This document shows positions 25,101-37,325 of a stretch of 64,000 bases of DNA, in pieces. This DNA is from Harriotta raleighana (Eukaryota). Numbering within the stretch: position 1 is the stretch's first letter; every line of letters starts with the position of its first letter. Under the pieces are notes generated by a model. It ran no database searches. It was not told the origin of the DNA and saw only the letters and a program-made list of their open reading frames with translations. The position numbers and the translations under genes are program-made. Location: positions 128,599 to 192,598 of the forward strand of contig JBNZDD010013408.1 of NCBI GenBank assembly GCA_050575255.1, in the 5' to 3' direction.

Positions 25101-27048
25101 ATGATAGATCCCACTGAGTGACTAATGAGATTAAGGCATAAAACTGCCAATCTAGACTGCAATACTGATGAAGAATAGTCAGGCTGACGGGGAAAGCCAT
25201 CTTAATCAACAAAGTTGATGCTATTGAAACACTGAAATTCTTGAGATGCACCCATAGGGATTGAGGACAGACAACAGGTCTGCTTGGAGCTACTTCCAAA
25301 GCTGCTGGTCGAGAACATAACTGCTGTGAAGATCAGAGTCCCAAGAGAAATGATGTTTATGTCTGTGCATCTCCAAAAGAAATTAATCTTTGCCTCTGTA
25401 ATGACAGAAATGCACTGTTTGGTAGAATTGTTTTTTAAAGTCTGTAGTTCAGCATATCTGCAAAAGACTGGCACTGGTTTCATGTATTGTGAATGTTGTG
25501 AACCTCTGTCCTTCTGAACCTTCTTTAACTGATCCAAAGATAAACTTTGAATTGTGTTGGTCCTTTTAAGTGTTGGTGTTGGGGGGTGGGGGTGGGGGGT
25601 GAGGGCGGAATGTGGGGAGAGAGGGAGAGAGACTCATTGGGAATGTTCAGCAATAAAATTCCAAATGGCTTCTGGGACTGTCAAATTTGCCCCAATCACT
25701 AAACTGAGATAATCTCATTTAGACTTTTAAAGTGCCTGTGCTTGAGAAATGGATTTGATCTGTTGGTAATTGCTTATTGCTTATTGCTTGAGATGCATAC
25801 ATTGCTTGCTGAATTGAATGGTTTCATTTATTCTGCACTCACTTATTCTACCGACTTTATTGCATTAAAACTATAAAATTTAACATTTAGAAAGAATACA
25901 AGATAATCTCATTGCTGATACAGGTAATCTCATTCAAACTCCTCGGTGATTGCCCAACAGTACTGCAAGTGTTGTTTCTGATTTATGTTTTGAGTATTGA
26001 ATGTGAAATTCAGACGCTTTTGTTTAGAGCAAAAAGTAACATCCATATTTATTAATAATAATCCTTGCATTTAATATAGCACCTTGTCAGGTCATTGAGA
26101 CGCCTCAAAGCGGTCACTGGACCTATTGTAAAGTGTAGTGACTTCTTTTGTGTGCAAAACATGGCTCAATTGTTATTCGATCAAAATATCTCCCGCAATA
26201 ATCTTGTCACCTACCTAGGTCAAATTGAACATATGTAGAGATCACACTAGTCTTCTCTTCAGGTGCAGATAACACCATTTATTTGATACCATTCACCTTG
26301 TGTCTGTTCTTTGGTTTCTTCAGTTTAAAAAAATATATTTTCAGAAAATGTGCTACAGTGTTCTTTCTCTCTTGTTTTAGGCACCTCAAACTGCACTGGT
26401 CTAGCACCTTTCACGTCAGGAGGACGGCCCAAGGTGCTGGGCTACATACAGCACATGCTAGACTAGTTATCGTTGGTCAGGCATACAGTCCAAAGTTATT
26501 TTATTCCAGTGGCATCTCCTCTTTGCATGAAACTAACAGCAAACTTTTATTTTAATAAAAGCTTTCACTTCCACCTTTTAATTTCCTGTTTCTGTAACCA
26601 CTCCACTTTTGCATTTAATGTTCCCTCTTCCTTTTAAGGAGATTCCAGATTTTTTTTCTTTTCCAAAAAAGGCTGCCCTTTGCAGCTATTGATTCCGACA
26701 CCTCGTGCACATTGGTTGCATCAGTCAGCAACTTCAAAAATGTTCTGAGTGCATTGTAGAGCATTTACAAGAGGTGCTTTTATCTTTTAGATAAAATAGT
26801 TGAGATACTTTTAGTCTACAGACCTTATAAAGTCAATCCAATTTTTTTGGGGGGTGGGGGTTGCAAGAGGAGAAGAATAGTTTTGCGTCTGACTGGAAAG
26901 TGTGGTTTTGATTCATGCAATTGTAAAACATGTCAAAGGGAGATTTGAAGTTATTTTGTGTTTGAATAAAGACAAACCAGCTTATTCAATAATGCAATGC
27001 GCATTTTAACATTTTTACTATTAATCTTTTGTCTTCCTTTTCCCACAG

Positions 27049-27114
27049 TACTCGAACAGCATGAGAGCCAAATACCTCGCCACAAACAGGCCTGAGACCA
27101 ACACTGACCACTGA
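27049..27114 (+). CDS. TTYH3: TTYH3 terminal coding exon 14
   Basis: ttcccacag|TAC; YSNSMRAKYLATNRPETNTDH*, TGA at 27112-27114; completes the SPPPS|Y PY motif. Confidence 0.95.
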   Translation, partial: YSNSMRAKYLATNRPETNTDH

Positions 27115-30100
27115 GCCTGCAGAGGATGGGGATGGTGGGGTGGGGGGGGAGGGGGCAAGCTGGGTGGATGGGAGAGAGAGAGAGTACTGGAACCACTTTT
27201 GCATGTCTAATGCCACTAACAATACAGTTACTAACCTAAGGAGAACTGTATTACTCTTAATGGTTGTTGTACAGCTGTACAGTAATAGGCAGACTACCAC
27301 TGGAATGAACAAATTCTGCTGAAGTAAATTGCCTGCGGATTTTCCTACCCTTTGCCACAGTTCCGTCATTCAGTTTGCTTCAGTTCAAAAATGTTGTTAA
27401 TTCCTAGATTGTAATCGGGATGTCAAGATATATCTGTGTACCAGTATATATCACAATGAGAAAGAGATCACACTACAATTGTATTGGCTGTTTTACACCC
27501 ATTGTAATAATTGTAAAATGCAATAATCATTGTAGTTTAATAAAAATATGATTCAGATGAACAGTCTTATTTATCTGGAAGAGAGGCCAACCTGCCAATC
27601 AGTTGTGATACTGTTTGATGTTTCATGACATCCCTAGAACTGTTATTACTAGAAATGTGAAGACTGAAAGGGATTTTCTAAATTTACGATAAAGCCTACA
27701 GTCTTGTTTTAAGTTTTTTCCATTGTTGTAATACCTTTAACCACTTTTAAACTGAATATAATGGAGGGTTCGTTTCCTGTGGTAAGGGGAAAAGATAATA
27801 CAGGAAAGGGGTTCATGTAAATATCTGAGGGAAAATGAAAATCCACTCAGAAAACCAGCCAACTCTTGATTAGTTAACTGCTAAGTAAACCTGATGATCT
27901 TTGGAAATAATTGCTGATTTCTGGATTGGAAACTGTTCCTCAACTTAGATCTGAGAATATTTATGTACTGCCGGGTGCATGTTTCCGACACCACTCTTTT
28001 AACTAAACGTTTTACTGTATTTCACACGAGCCTGCAACGCCATTTGTTTTTAATATATGAAGAAAATGCATGTTATTACAAATCATTCCTGAGGTTTTCC
28101 TATAGTGTTGCTTATATTTCTCCCCTTCCCCCAATTTAAAATAATTTCTTGTCCTGAAATTGAGTTAATGGACCTTTTTGTTCAGTTTCAGCAGCTCAGT
28201 AGATTTTTAAAAAAAACGTATAATTGGCCCAAAGTTTTTTTTTATTGTAAGCATATCAAAATCTCTATCCACTTGAAGAGTAAGGATCTTTGTAAATTAA
28301 CAACGAGGCAGGTCATTCTCGTACTCAGAATGGGCGGAAATATCTGCTTACTGCTGTATTCTTCAAAATATTCTGAACTGTTTTGTCACCAAGGTGCAGA
28401 AATTTATTGCAGCCTTCAAAAAAAGATTAATACTGGCCTATAAAGCATGGATAACCAACAGTGACTTTTATTGTTGCTTTACATTTTAAGTGGGTGAAAA
28501 TTGCAGTTGTGTTTATTTTATATAAAAAAGCCCCATTTGGATTCAAGAACATTCCTCTCTCCAGCGGGCGTTTTATTTAACGTAACATCAAATTAAAAGG
28601 GCGTTTGGGATTGACATGCTCAAATTTTAGTTGATATCTTTCAGACTCCCGATGTGTTGCCTTTCTGTCTGTACATTATCGTAATTAAGTGCTCAATAAT
28701 AACTGGCCTGCCACTGCCATCACTTCAACCTCGATGAACAAACAATGTATATTAAAAAAAGGGAATCCTGCCCTTTCTACCCTGAAAAAATTTTTATAGC
28801 ACTGAAAACATGAAAACATCCTCTCAATGTCAAATTCTTGTCCTACCTTGACCTAGCCTCGGATACTTATACTTATAAATACTTGCATTTGATATAACGT
28901 CTTACAGAGATGTCTCTGAAGCAACCATAGCCCCACAAAATAATAATATAATAATAATCATTACATTTATATGGCGCTTTCTACATCATATCGACGTCCC
29001 AAAGCGCTTTGTACATTCCTAGGAATCTTGATTCTGCCTCACAAACTACTTTGAAAAATACTCTTGCTTTTCACTGATAACATGATTTGCACTAGAATAC
29101 CAGAACTTGCAGCAAAAGTATTTTGGCAATAAATTGATGCAAAACAGAACTGTTTTTGACCGCACCATGATTGGATTTAATACCATTTTTTTTGTGTGTG
29201 TGTGTGATTGTGTGTGTGATCCAAATACTTCTAAGTGCTTCTTGTTGTTTTTCTGGATATTATTTTTTATTGTAGTGGAATCCCTTTGATTCATGACCCG
29301 CAATGCAACGTCTCTATAAAAGAGATTGTTTATTGTTCTGTTTGTTGGAGCTCAGATGGTTCTAGAAACTGTCTTATCATCGATCCCCCCACCCAGTAAG
29401 GGGCCCTCACACTATACATTTTGTTTTGTCGCATTTTTTTTCCTTCAGTTTATATGTAATTAAACCTTAAACTGCTGGCAGGTCCCCACAGGTTTATGGT
29501 TATCTGAGCCAACTGTTCTATATTTTCAGCACCAACTCGACACTGGAAAACAAAATACAAGTACAGTAACATTAATGAACTGAGTCCAGCATTACCGTAG
29601 CTTTCTTGCTGAAATACTGATGCCAGTCCACTAAAATAAATTCCCCCCCCCCACCCCCAAAAAAGTAACTTTTCTCTCACTTTGTTTTTATTTTTTCTGA
29701 CCAGTTTTAAATTTTTTAAGGTATGCCATTCACTGTTTATTCCGAGTCTCCACCATTTATTCTTCTCCACTGGAAGACGAGAGAAAGACTTTTTTTTATT
29801 GTTGTTTAAAAAAAATAGTGTTTCTATTAGCTTGGCATTCGTTCATTCGCCCAAAACTGGCCAAAGTGTTTGTTTGCAGCCAAACAAAACCTTTATCCAT
29901 TGACATGAAAGCTGCTTTGAAGCATCAATGACTTTGAGACTAGGCAAGCGAACTTAGGGTTAAATCACAACCTGATGTGTGATCAAACAAGTCATTCAAA
30001 TAATATGCATGTGGAAGGGACACTTTCTCAAGTTAATTTGGCGAAACATATCTATAAAGGTTTGACTTGAAACATATTGAAACACGAGACTCCAAATCGT

Positions 30101-31990
30101 ACTGTAGAAACGGAGTTAGATCCTGCCACTGGGCAGGTAGGATATCTCCACAAACATCTTTAAGGGTAAAATAATGATTAATTGTAGTCAGACCCAATTT
30201 TTAATCATATAAATATATATTATTAAAAAAAACTTAGCTGTAGCTTGGAAGGTGGGGTGGGAGATACATGGTGCTATTCCGTAGACTTATGTGCACTCTT
30301 TTTGAGTGGGTGCTGACAGGGTTTATAAATAAAAAGTCCTAGGTGGATAGAACCTCCATCCGTCAGCTGAACAAGATATTCTCCACTTCAGTTCAGTGAC
30401 CGCTGAATCCGATCAGGTCTCTCGGCAAGGCCACGAGACGATTCGGTCGGCCGAACGGTGGAATTTGCGAGCAGTTTCACTTGTTTTCAGAAGCACAAAC
30501 TTGCTTTAATTCCTTGAGCGTTAGTGGGTTTATCCAGCGTGGCATGTATGTCTTTTGCACCTTGGAAAGCACACATCCATTCCAATCCAACCTCGAAAAA
30601 ATGTGAATTCTGGAGAGGCTGTGTAAAATTTAACACAGCCTCGGACTTTGTGGTGTTTGTAATATTATTAGCTGTGAATTCCCTAAGCATTACTACACAT
30701 TTAACTAGGGAGTGTTGTACGCTATGCATTTAATTCTTAATCTCTTGCGAGTGTGACCTCTCTAGTACCTTTGGATGTTTGAACTTCTAAACCAGCAATT
30801 TTTGCTTAATAATACATTACAAATGAGTCATTATTATTTTGTGACTGGGGTTAATGTGAATTTAACAGCAAAACTAAATGGCCAAACAAATAAAAATAAA
30901 TAGTGGGGGGTGTTTATCCCTGTTTAGATGTATTGTCTCCACGTCATTTGGTCTTTTGACTTAATCAAGGGTTTTTGTTCATTCTGCGTTTTTTTTAAAT
31001 TGAACTAAAACTAAATAGTCATTTTGTATAATAATTTTGTTGTTGGGAGTCTGTTTTGAATGTGGAACCGGCTGGTTTAAGTGAGTACAGAAATGAAAAC
31101 CCAACTCCTTAATGCCAAGTATAACGCGGAAAAGTTTATTGATATTAATAGGTTTCAAGAGGAATACTTGCGAAAGGCGCTATCCCAAGTTCTGCTGAAA
31201 ATACAAATAACCTTATTTGGGTATGTGTCTTAAACTGCCCATTTTCGTGAAGCACCCTTTATAGTGTATCCCGAGACTAAACAGAATTTATTTTTACTTA
31301 AGAGAACCCGTTTCTTTCGAATAAGAAACGTCGCTTCAATTTATCAGTTTTTCTACTTAAAGTTAAATGAACCTAAATCACCCGTTTACAATTTTAACAC
31401 GTTAGCTAAGGTGTGACTGGACACATCTGAAATAATTTGGAAAATGCTGTCAAGTGAACTTTTTTTTTAGTCAGGTGTAATCTTTTTACTTATATTGTGA
31501 AACCAGTTATTCTGTTGTGTTAGTGAGACAATCCTGTGTTTTAACTAAAATATATTATTTGTAGAAAAGATATATCCACAAACCAATATCTCTTGCACGA
31601 GCAATGTGCATTGAATGGTAAAATGTAATTTGCCTTTAATGTACTTTTTAACCATTTCGACGAATTTATTGTGTAACATACTGCTTCAGTTATTACTTGT
31701 ATGTAATCTAAAACTAGTAATTTTACTGTTGTAGTAGTAGCATAGTATTGTGAAGTCTGTTTCCAAAACAGCAATTTTTATTTTTTAAGAAAAATTCTGT
31801 GACTTAAACGATTGCTCCTTTTATTTTTGCTAAAATTTGCTGTAACTCTTAAATGGGTTTATAACGTGTTTTAAAACTTCTTTCCAACAAGTAAAATGTT
31901 GTAAATGTCAAACCTGTGGTTTTCATGAGCTTGATTGAACTTAAATGTTTTCAAAGTGAAATTAATAAAGTTTGTTGGACTTACCAACAG
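27115..31990 (+). other. TTYH3: Probable long (~4.9 kb) TTYH3 3' UTR
   Basis: AU-rich, largely repeat-poor sequence after the stop, ending at AATAAA 31964-31969 just before the repeat-dense region; the end point is inferred. Confidence 0.55.
31964..31969 (+). terminator. Candidate distal polyadenylation signal of TTYH3
   Basis: AATAAA followed by a U/GU-rich stretch (tttgtcctaatttcttcttggt); more proximal AATAAA hexamers exist near 27539, 30328 and 30888. Confidence 0.55.
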
Positions 31991-32839
31991 AAGATTTGTC
32001 CTAATTTCTTCTTGGTACGAATGCTTTGCACTGGATTAATCCTTGCATTTCATGTAGCGCCTTTTACGTCGTCAAGAACTCTCAAAGAGCTTCACAGGGT
32101 AAAGTGTTAAGTGAAATGACTGTATAGTTTGTGAGCGAAATGTGTATACTGTATTCCACGTGTTATTGACTCAAATCATTCTTCACACCTTTGCTTTCCT
32201 GCCCGGTACTTACATTACTGATTGCATATCTACAGTCCCAACAGAGCAAACCTTACAATTACAGTATTGTATTCCCATCCGCGTGGGAGTTATTTTATTT
32301 TAGCTCTGGTTTGACGCTGAAAGGCGTCTTCCTTTCGTGCAACTCACTGTTTAACTAACGCTCAGGGAAATAGTTTCAGATTTCTTTGCCGTTTAATAAT
32401 ATATTTGAAATAATCCTTAACACATCTTGTTTGATCCTCTCTCTCTCTTAATGTTTTCCATGCCAATAATTGATTGCATTTCCGACNAGTTTCAGATTTC
32501 TTTGCCGTTTAATAATATATTTGAAATAATCCTTAACGCATCTTGTTTGATCCTCTCTCTCTCTCTTAATGTTTTCCATGCCAATAATTGATTGCATTTC
32601 CGACAAACCTGAGGAGTCAGTGGAGTCTAAATCTGTTGGAATTTGATTCAACGCATCGGTTATTTTTAATCAGCCGCAAAAGCCACCGATTTAATTAATA
32701 AACTGATTAGTAAGTTAAGCCAGTGGCTTCCAAATGTTGTACCTCAAGCAAACAGCAGAGGACAGCAGGACCACATCCCAAAGAGACATAGTTGACTAAC
32801 GATGTGGTCTTGTCTGCCTTGCTCCTCTGTCCCCATGAA

Positions 32840-33310
32840 CACAAACATGTTTGTGTGTGGGGGGGGGGGACACACACGCCGCTGTGCACAATTGGCTGCC
32901 GCGTTTCGCCTACAAATATATACAGTCTCCCCAGATATACACCTGGTTTTCCTTCTCTCTTCCTCCTACCCCAACCCCTCCCCTTGCCCTCTTTCCCCCT
33001 TTCAATCTCTGGCCCTCTCGCTTCCATGACTGTTTGTGGGGACACTGCTGTGCGCAATTTGGCTGCCGCGTTTCGCCCACAAATATACAGTCAGTATTTT
33101 CCTGCTTTTCTTCCCCCGACCCCTCCCCCCACTTGACTGTACAGCGCCTTGGGACGTCCTCCTGACGTGAAAGGCGCTATATAAATACAATAAATAAATA
33201 AAAAACAGTCCTTTCGCTTTACAGTACATTCTGTGAAGCGCTTTGAGACACAGTCTAGAAGACGTAAAAAGCCACTATATTAAATGCCAGGATTATTATT
33301 ATTATTATTA
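32840..33310 (+). mobile_element. Composite of nested SINE cores and an L2 tail
   Basis: Two gctgtgc(a/g)caatt(t)ggctgccgcgtttcgcc cores, an L2 tail (cagcgccttgggacgtcctcctgacgtgaaaggcgctata), then a SINE tail ending (tta)n. Confidence 0.75.
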
Positions 33311-35439
33311 ACTACAAAGGTGGCAAATCCTCACACCAAAAAATTCCTGTGCAATAAAAAGCATCGAAACAAAAAGCAAGAGAGAGAGAGAGTTGTGGAA
33401 CTATTGAAAGTTGAAACAGGATGGAGTGGGAACCCTTCTTGACAACTAGATCGATCTGTAAAGTGCGGTGAAAGGACAAAGTGAATTGATTTAACTCGCT
33501 TTAACTCCCACCACCATATTGCTTTGTGTTTATGTAACGCGTGTGTTTTTCAAGAGAAAATGTTGCTCGACAAAACGTTCTTCCTTCTTCTCTCTCCTCG
33601 CCCCCCCCTCCCACCACCACCCACAACCCTCCCCCAATTTAACTGGTGTTTGTCAAGCTGTGGAGACAAAATCAAAATGAATTGGTTTGGAATTGCCTGC
33701 AAAATAGCCAATTTCCATAGCCAATTTGCTGGTCAAGACGACAGCACAGTAATTCCGCCCAAACAAACTAAAGTGTTCGTAAGAAAGGTTCCTGTCTACT
33801 CGGGGTTTCTATAATGAGACGTGATGATGGCGAGCAGCGGACGGATTAGCAGCGACGGTGAAATGTTAATCATTGTACTGGCTTCTGTCTGAGCACATGT
33901 GAACTTACTTACACACACCCTGTAATCGCCTTCCCTAAAACACACGACACTTATCAGGAAATCTTAATTCGATCAAAATACTACTGCTGTACTAATAATC
34001 CTTGCATTTGATATACAGCAATAATAATTCTTGAATTTTGATATGTCTTATCATGTCTTCTGTTGACTGTATATTTGTGGGCGAAACATGGCAACCAATT
34101 TGGTCGTGGATTGAAATGACCAAATGATTATTGTTTTAAGATCTATATTATTACCCCTTNGTCGTGGATTGAAATGACCAAATTATTATTGTTTTAAGAT
34201 CTATATTATTACCCCTTAAGGGTTTATTATCCAGGATGCAGAGTAAGGAAACTTGCCCAAGGTTTCACCCCCTACGGGGAATCGAACCCAGGCCTCTCGC
34301 TCACAGAGCCTTATCGCGGCGTCGAGACATCTCCAAAGCGCTTCACGGGATCTACAGTAGGTGGGGAAGGAAGGGGCGAGGAGGAGGGATAGAGGGGGGA
34401 GAGTGTTCCAGAGTTTCGGAGCGTATTGGCTGGGAGGGCGGCTCGCGAGCTGTGGGATTTACCTCTGGCCTCGGCTGACTTTTCAAGAGTATTCCAGCAA
34501 GCGGAATTAGCAGCGTAAATAGAATGACTTACTGTATATATACGCTACAATAAAATAAAACTGCCTGAAATTCAATTCCCTTTTCGTTTCGAGTATTGCG
34601 ACCTGTTCTCTGAAGTTCCTGGGGAAGACTACGCAGCATGAAATTAGACACCCCCCCCAACCTAAATGAAAACGCAATATAAATGTAAATGACAAACCGT
34701 TTTCGATGCGTTGTGAAATGGCAGGACTTTAAAAAAAAAGCCAGAGCTACAGACCTCCCAGCACATCGCATTTCATTTCGTTTAGTTTTGTTTCAATAAC
34801 ATACTATTTTTACGGTTCTCTTGGGATCCGTGCCCTTTCCTCCACTTAACGGCGGGCCGGGCTCTAACTGAGGAAACAAAGCAAAGCGACTTAAGGGTTC
34901 TAAAGGATAATAATAATAATGATAATCCTTGCATTTGATACAGCGGCTTTTCAGCCAATTGCTCACAGTTGGCAGCGTCCCCCACAAACAGTCGTGGGTT
35001 GGAGACGAGCAATTTTTATTATTCATGTGTGTTTTTTTTCGGAGGGATTATTATTAGGCGTGAATTAAATTGGTTAATTGAAGTGGATTATCAATGGATG
35101 CACGCAGAGAGGAATTATCTATCGGCAGAAGCCTGGCAGAAATGTTTTTTTTTCGCTCTCCTTCCTTGAGTAGCCACCCAGTAGAGTGTGTATCGAAACG
35201 GTTAACTGACTTCCGAAAGGTTTGTACAAAGTCACTGACTTAACTCCCTCTCCCCACAAACCACCCTCCAACCTCCCCACCCCCTCCACCCCCANGTCTC
35301 CCCACAAACCACCCTCCACCCCCAACCTGATCAAAATCGTTTTGATTCGGATAAAGGGTGTCAAGTTTATTTGAGAATTTAAAGGAACGACCTCACAAAC
35401 TCAAAACAGGACATTGACGAGAAGAAAACAGTCCATTCA

Positions 35440-35590
35440 GATGATCAAGACTGAAGTGGGTAGATTTTTATCAGGTGTCAAGAGTATTATCAGACACGGG
35501 GGGCAAGGGTGACTGGAATTTGAGGTACAGATCAGCCCATTGATCTTGTAGCATGGACGGAACAGGCTCGAGGGGCTGAATGGCCTCAAT
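35440..35590 (+). mobile_element. CR1 3' end fragment
   Basis: tcaagactgaagtgggtagattt...gaacaggctcgaggggctgaatggcctc. Confidence 0.7.
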
Positions 35591-36067
35591 TCAAGGATTA
35601 CATGATGACTGGGCTCTTAAATGCTGGTTGAAGGAAGAATCTGTATTAATCTTTAGGAGGAGAAAATTAGACCCTGCCCCCCCAAAAAAAAACGCACTAT
35701 AGAAAAAGAAGGAAGGAGTGGGGGAAAAGGCGGAGGTTCAGTGAGGCTAAGCAGACTGCTGTGTCAGAGAGAGAGACACACACACAATAAGACCTAGACG
35801 GTCTCCTTCAGTCCTATATAAATGTCTGACGAGGACTCTGTTTGCTCAAACAAATGAAATGAATGATGTTTCCTCCTGCCTTGTTAAATAACAGAAGGCA
35901 GCTCCTGTGGTTATCTGTCTCCCTCTCTCCCTCTCTCTCTCTCTCTGTCACCGTTTGACCAGAACTCATCAAGCGAGAAGCAGAATAATTCACGTTCCCA
36001 CAAAAACAACTGATTTGAAAAAGGCCACATCATCCAATTCTCCAGTCAGTCAGTCAGTCAGTCAGTC

Positions 36068-36203
36068 AAAACACAAAATACTAGAGGTTGGAAATCTGAA
36101 ACAAAAACAGAAGTTGCTGGGAAAATTCAGCAGGTCGGGCAGCATCCATGGAGAGAGGAAAATGAGTCAACGTTTCAGGTCCACGACCCTTTGTCAGAAC
36201 TGG
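36068..36203 (-). mobile_element. Penelope-like repeat terminus with decayed minimal hammerhead ribozyme core
   Basis: Minus strand: CTGACAA-A-GGGTC-GTG-GACCT-GAAAC-GTT, followed by ...ggatgctgcccgacctgctgaattttcccagcaacttctg. Confidence 0.55.
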
Positions 36204-36239
36204 GGCTTGTTGGGAGGGAGGGAGGGAGAGTTTTTTTTG

Positions 36240-36610
36240 GAAAATGACTAATTTTTATTCTTGTGGGGTTTTTTTTTGGAGGGATTATTATTAGGTGAGT
36301 GTGCGTGTGTGTGTGTGTGTATGTGTGTGTGTGAGAGGAGTAAGGAAACTTGCCCGAGGTTTCACCCTGACCTGCCTGGATTCGAACACGGGTCTCTCAC
36401 GCTTGTAAGGCGAGCGAGCGAGTGCTCTAACCACGGAGCTGCAGGACTCCCACTTGTCAAGGAGCGCAATTGGCTGCCAGGTTTCGCCCGCAGATACACA
36501 GACAGCCAGTTCACTTTACCGTATATTCTGTGAAGCGCTTTGAGACACGGTGGACAAGATGCGAAAAGCCACTCTTATCCAACGCAAGGATTATTCTTAC
36601 TAGTATTATT
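36240..36610. mobile_element. SINE with inverted 5' half
   Basis: 36240-36452 is the 5' half on the - strand (head at the junction); 36464-36610 is the 3' half on the + strand. Confidence 0.7.
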
Positions 36611-37239
36611 ATTCTTATTGCTGTGTGTTTCTGCCTGGATCCGGAGAGGGTTAACGTGGACAGGTTTCGGCCTGTTGTGATCTGCTGCTGCGGGAAGGAC
36701 GTGGTGACTTTGACCAATGCAGCACAATCGATAGGCCGTGGCTGTCAGCCTGCTCTCCGAGGGCTCTGTGAAGGGATAAGATTATTTTCGAGGGTGTTTT
36801 AAAATGCCGAGTGACGCAAGGCGCAAAGCGGGAAGAAAACGTCCGACCCCCCCCCCCCCCCCCCAAACAGCGGGCGAATCACACTCTGGCTGGTGTTTCA
36901 ACCTCAGCGATTTCTGTCCCTCCCACCCCCCCCTCCCCCGGCCCGCTCATCCCAACCCCACCAACCCCCCACCTTCACCCTTGCCCCCGCTCGCCTGTCC
37001 TTGCACAAACTGATCACTCACAAGTGTTTTGTTTGTTTGTTTATTTATTTATTTGTTCTACGGGGGGGCTTGTCACTTCTTTCATTCTCAGTCCCAACGT
37101 GCACACACACACACATAACGCACAACATACCTACACACCCAACACACACGCAACGCAAAACACACACACACACACACACAACACACACACACACACAAAG
37201 AACACACACAATTCCCATCTTGTCTAGGTTTCCACAATG

Positions 37240-37325
37240 TCATAGAATTATAGAATCATAGAATTATATACAGACACAAGAAGGAGGCCATTCGGTCCAT
37301 CGTGTCTGTGATGGCTTTTCCAAAT
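37240..37325 (-). mobile_element. CR1 3' tail
   Basis: catagaattatagaatcatagaat is the reverse complement of the (ATTCTATG)n CR1 terminal repeat, followed by agaaggaggccattcgg. Confidence 0.75.

Noticed and set aside
32372-32605. Near-exact tandem duplication around a single N (similar cases at 34160, 39174, 42269, 45350, 46220, 48203, 53056, 53436, 59828/59906, 63731/63882)
   Set aside because: Each pair is separated by one N, the signature of unmerged overlapping contig ends or haplotypes; treated as assembly artefacts rather than arrays
35805-35862. TATATAAA plus CTGACGA...GAAA with an agtcct/aggact stem, suggesting a promoter or hammerhead
   Set aside because: The hammerhead helices cannot be assembled in a valid order and no downstream gene is evident
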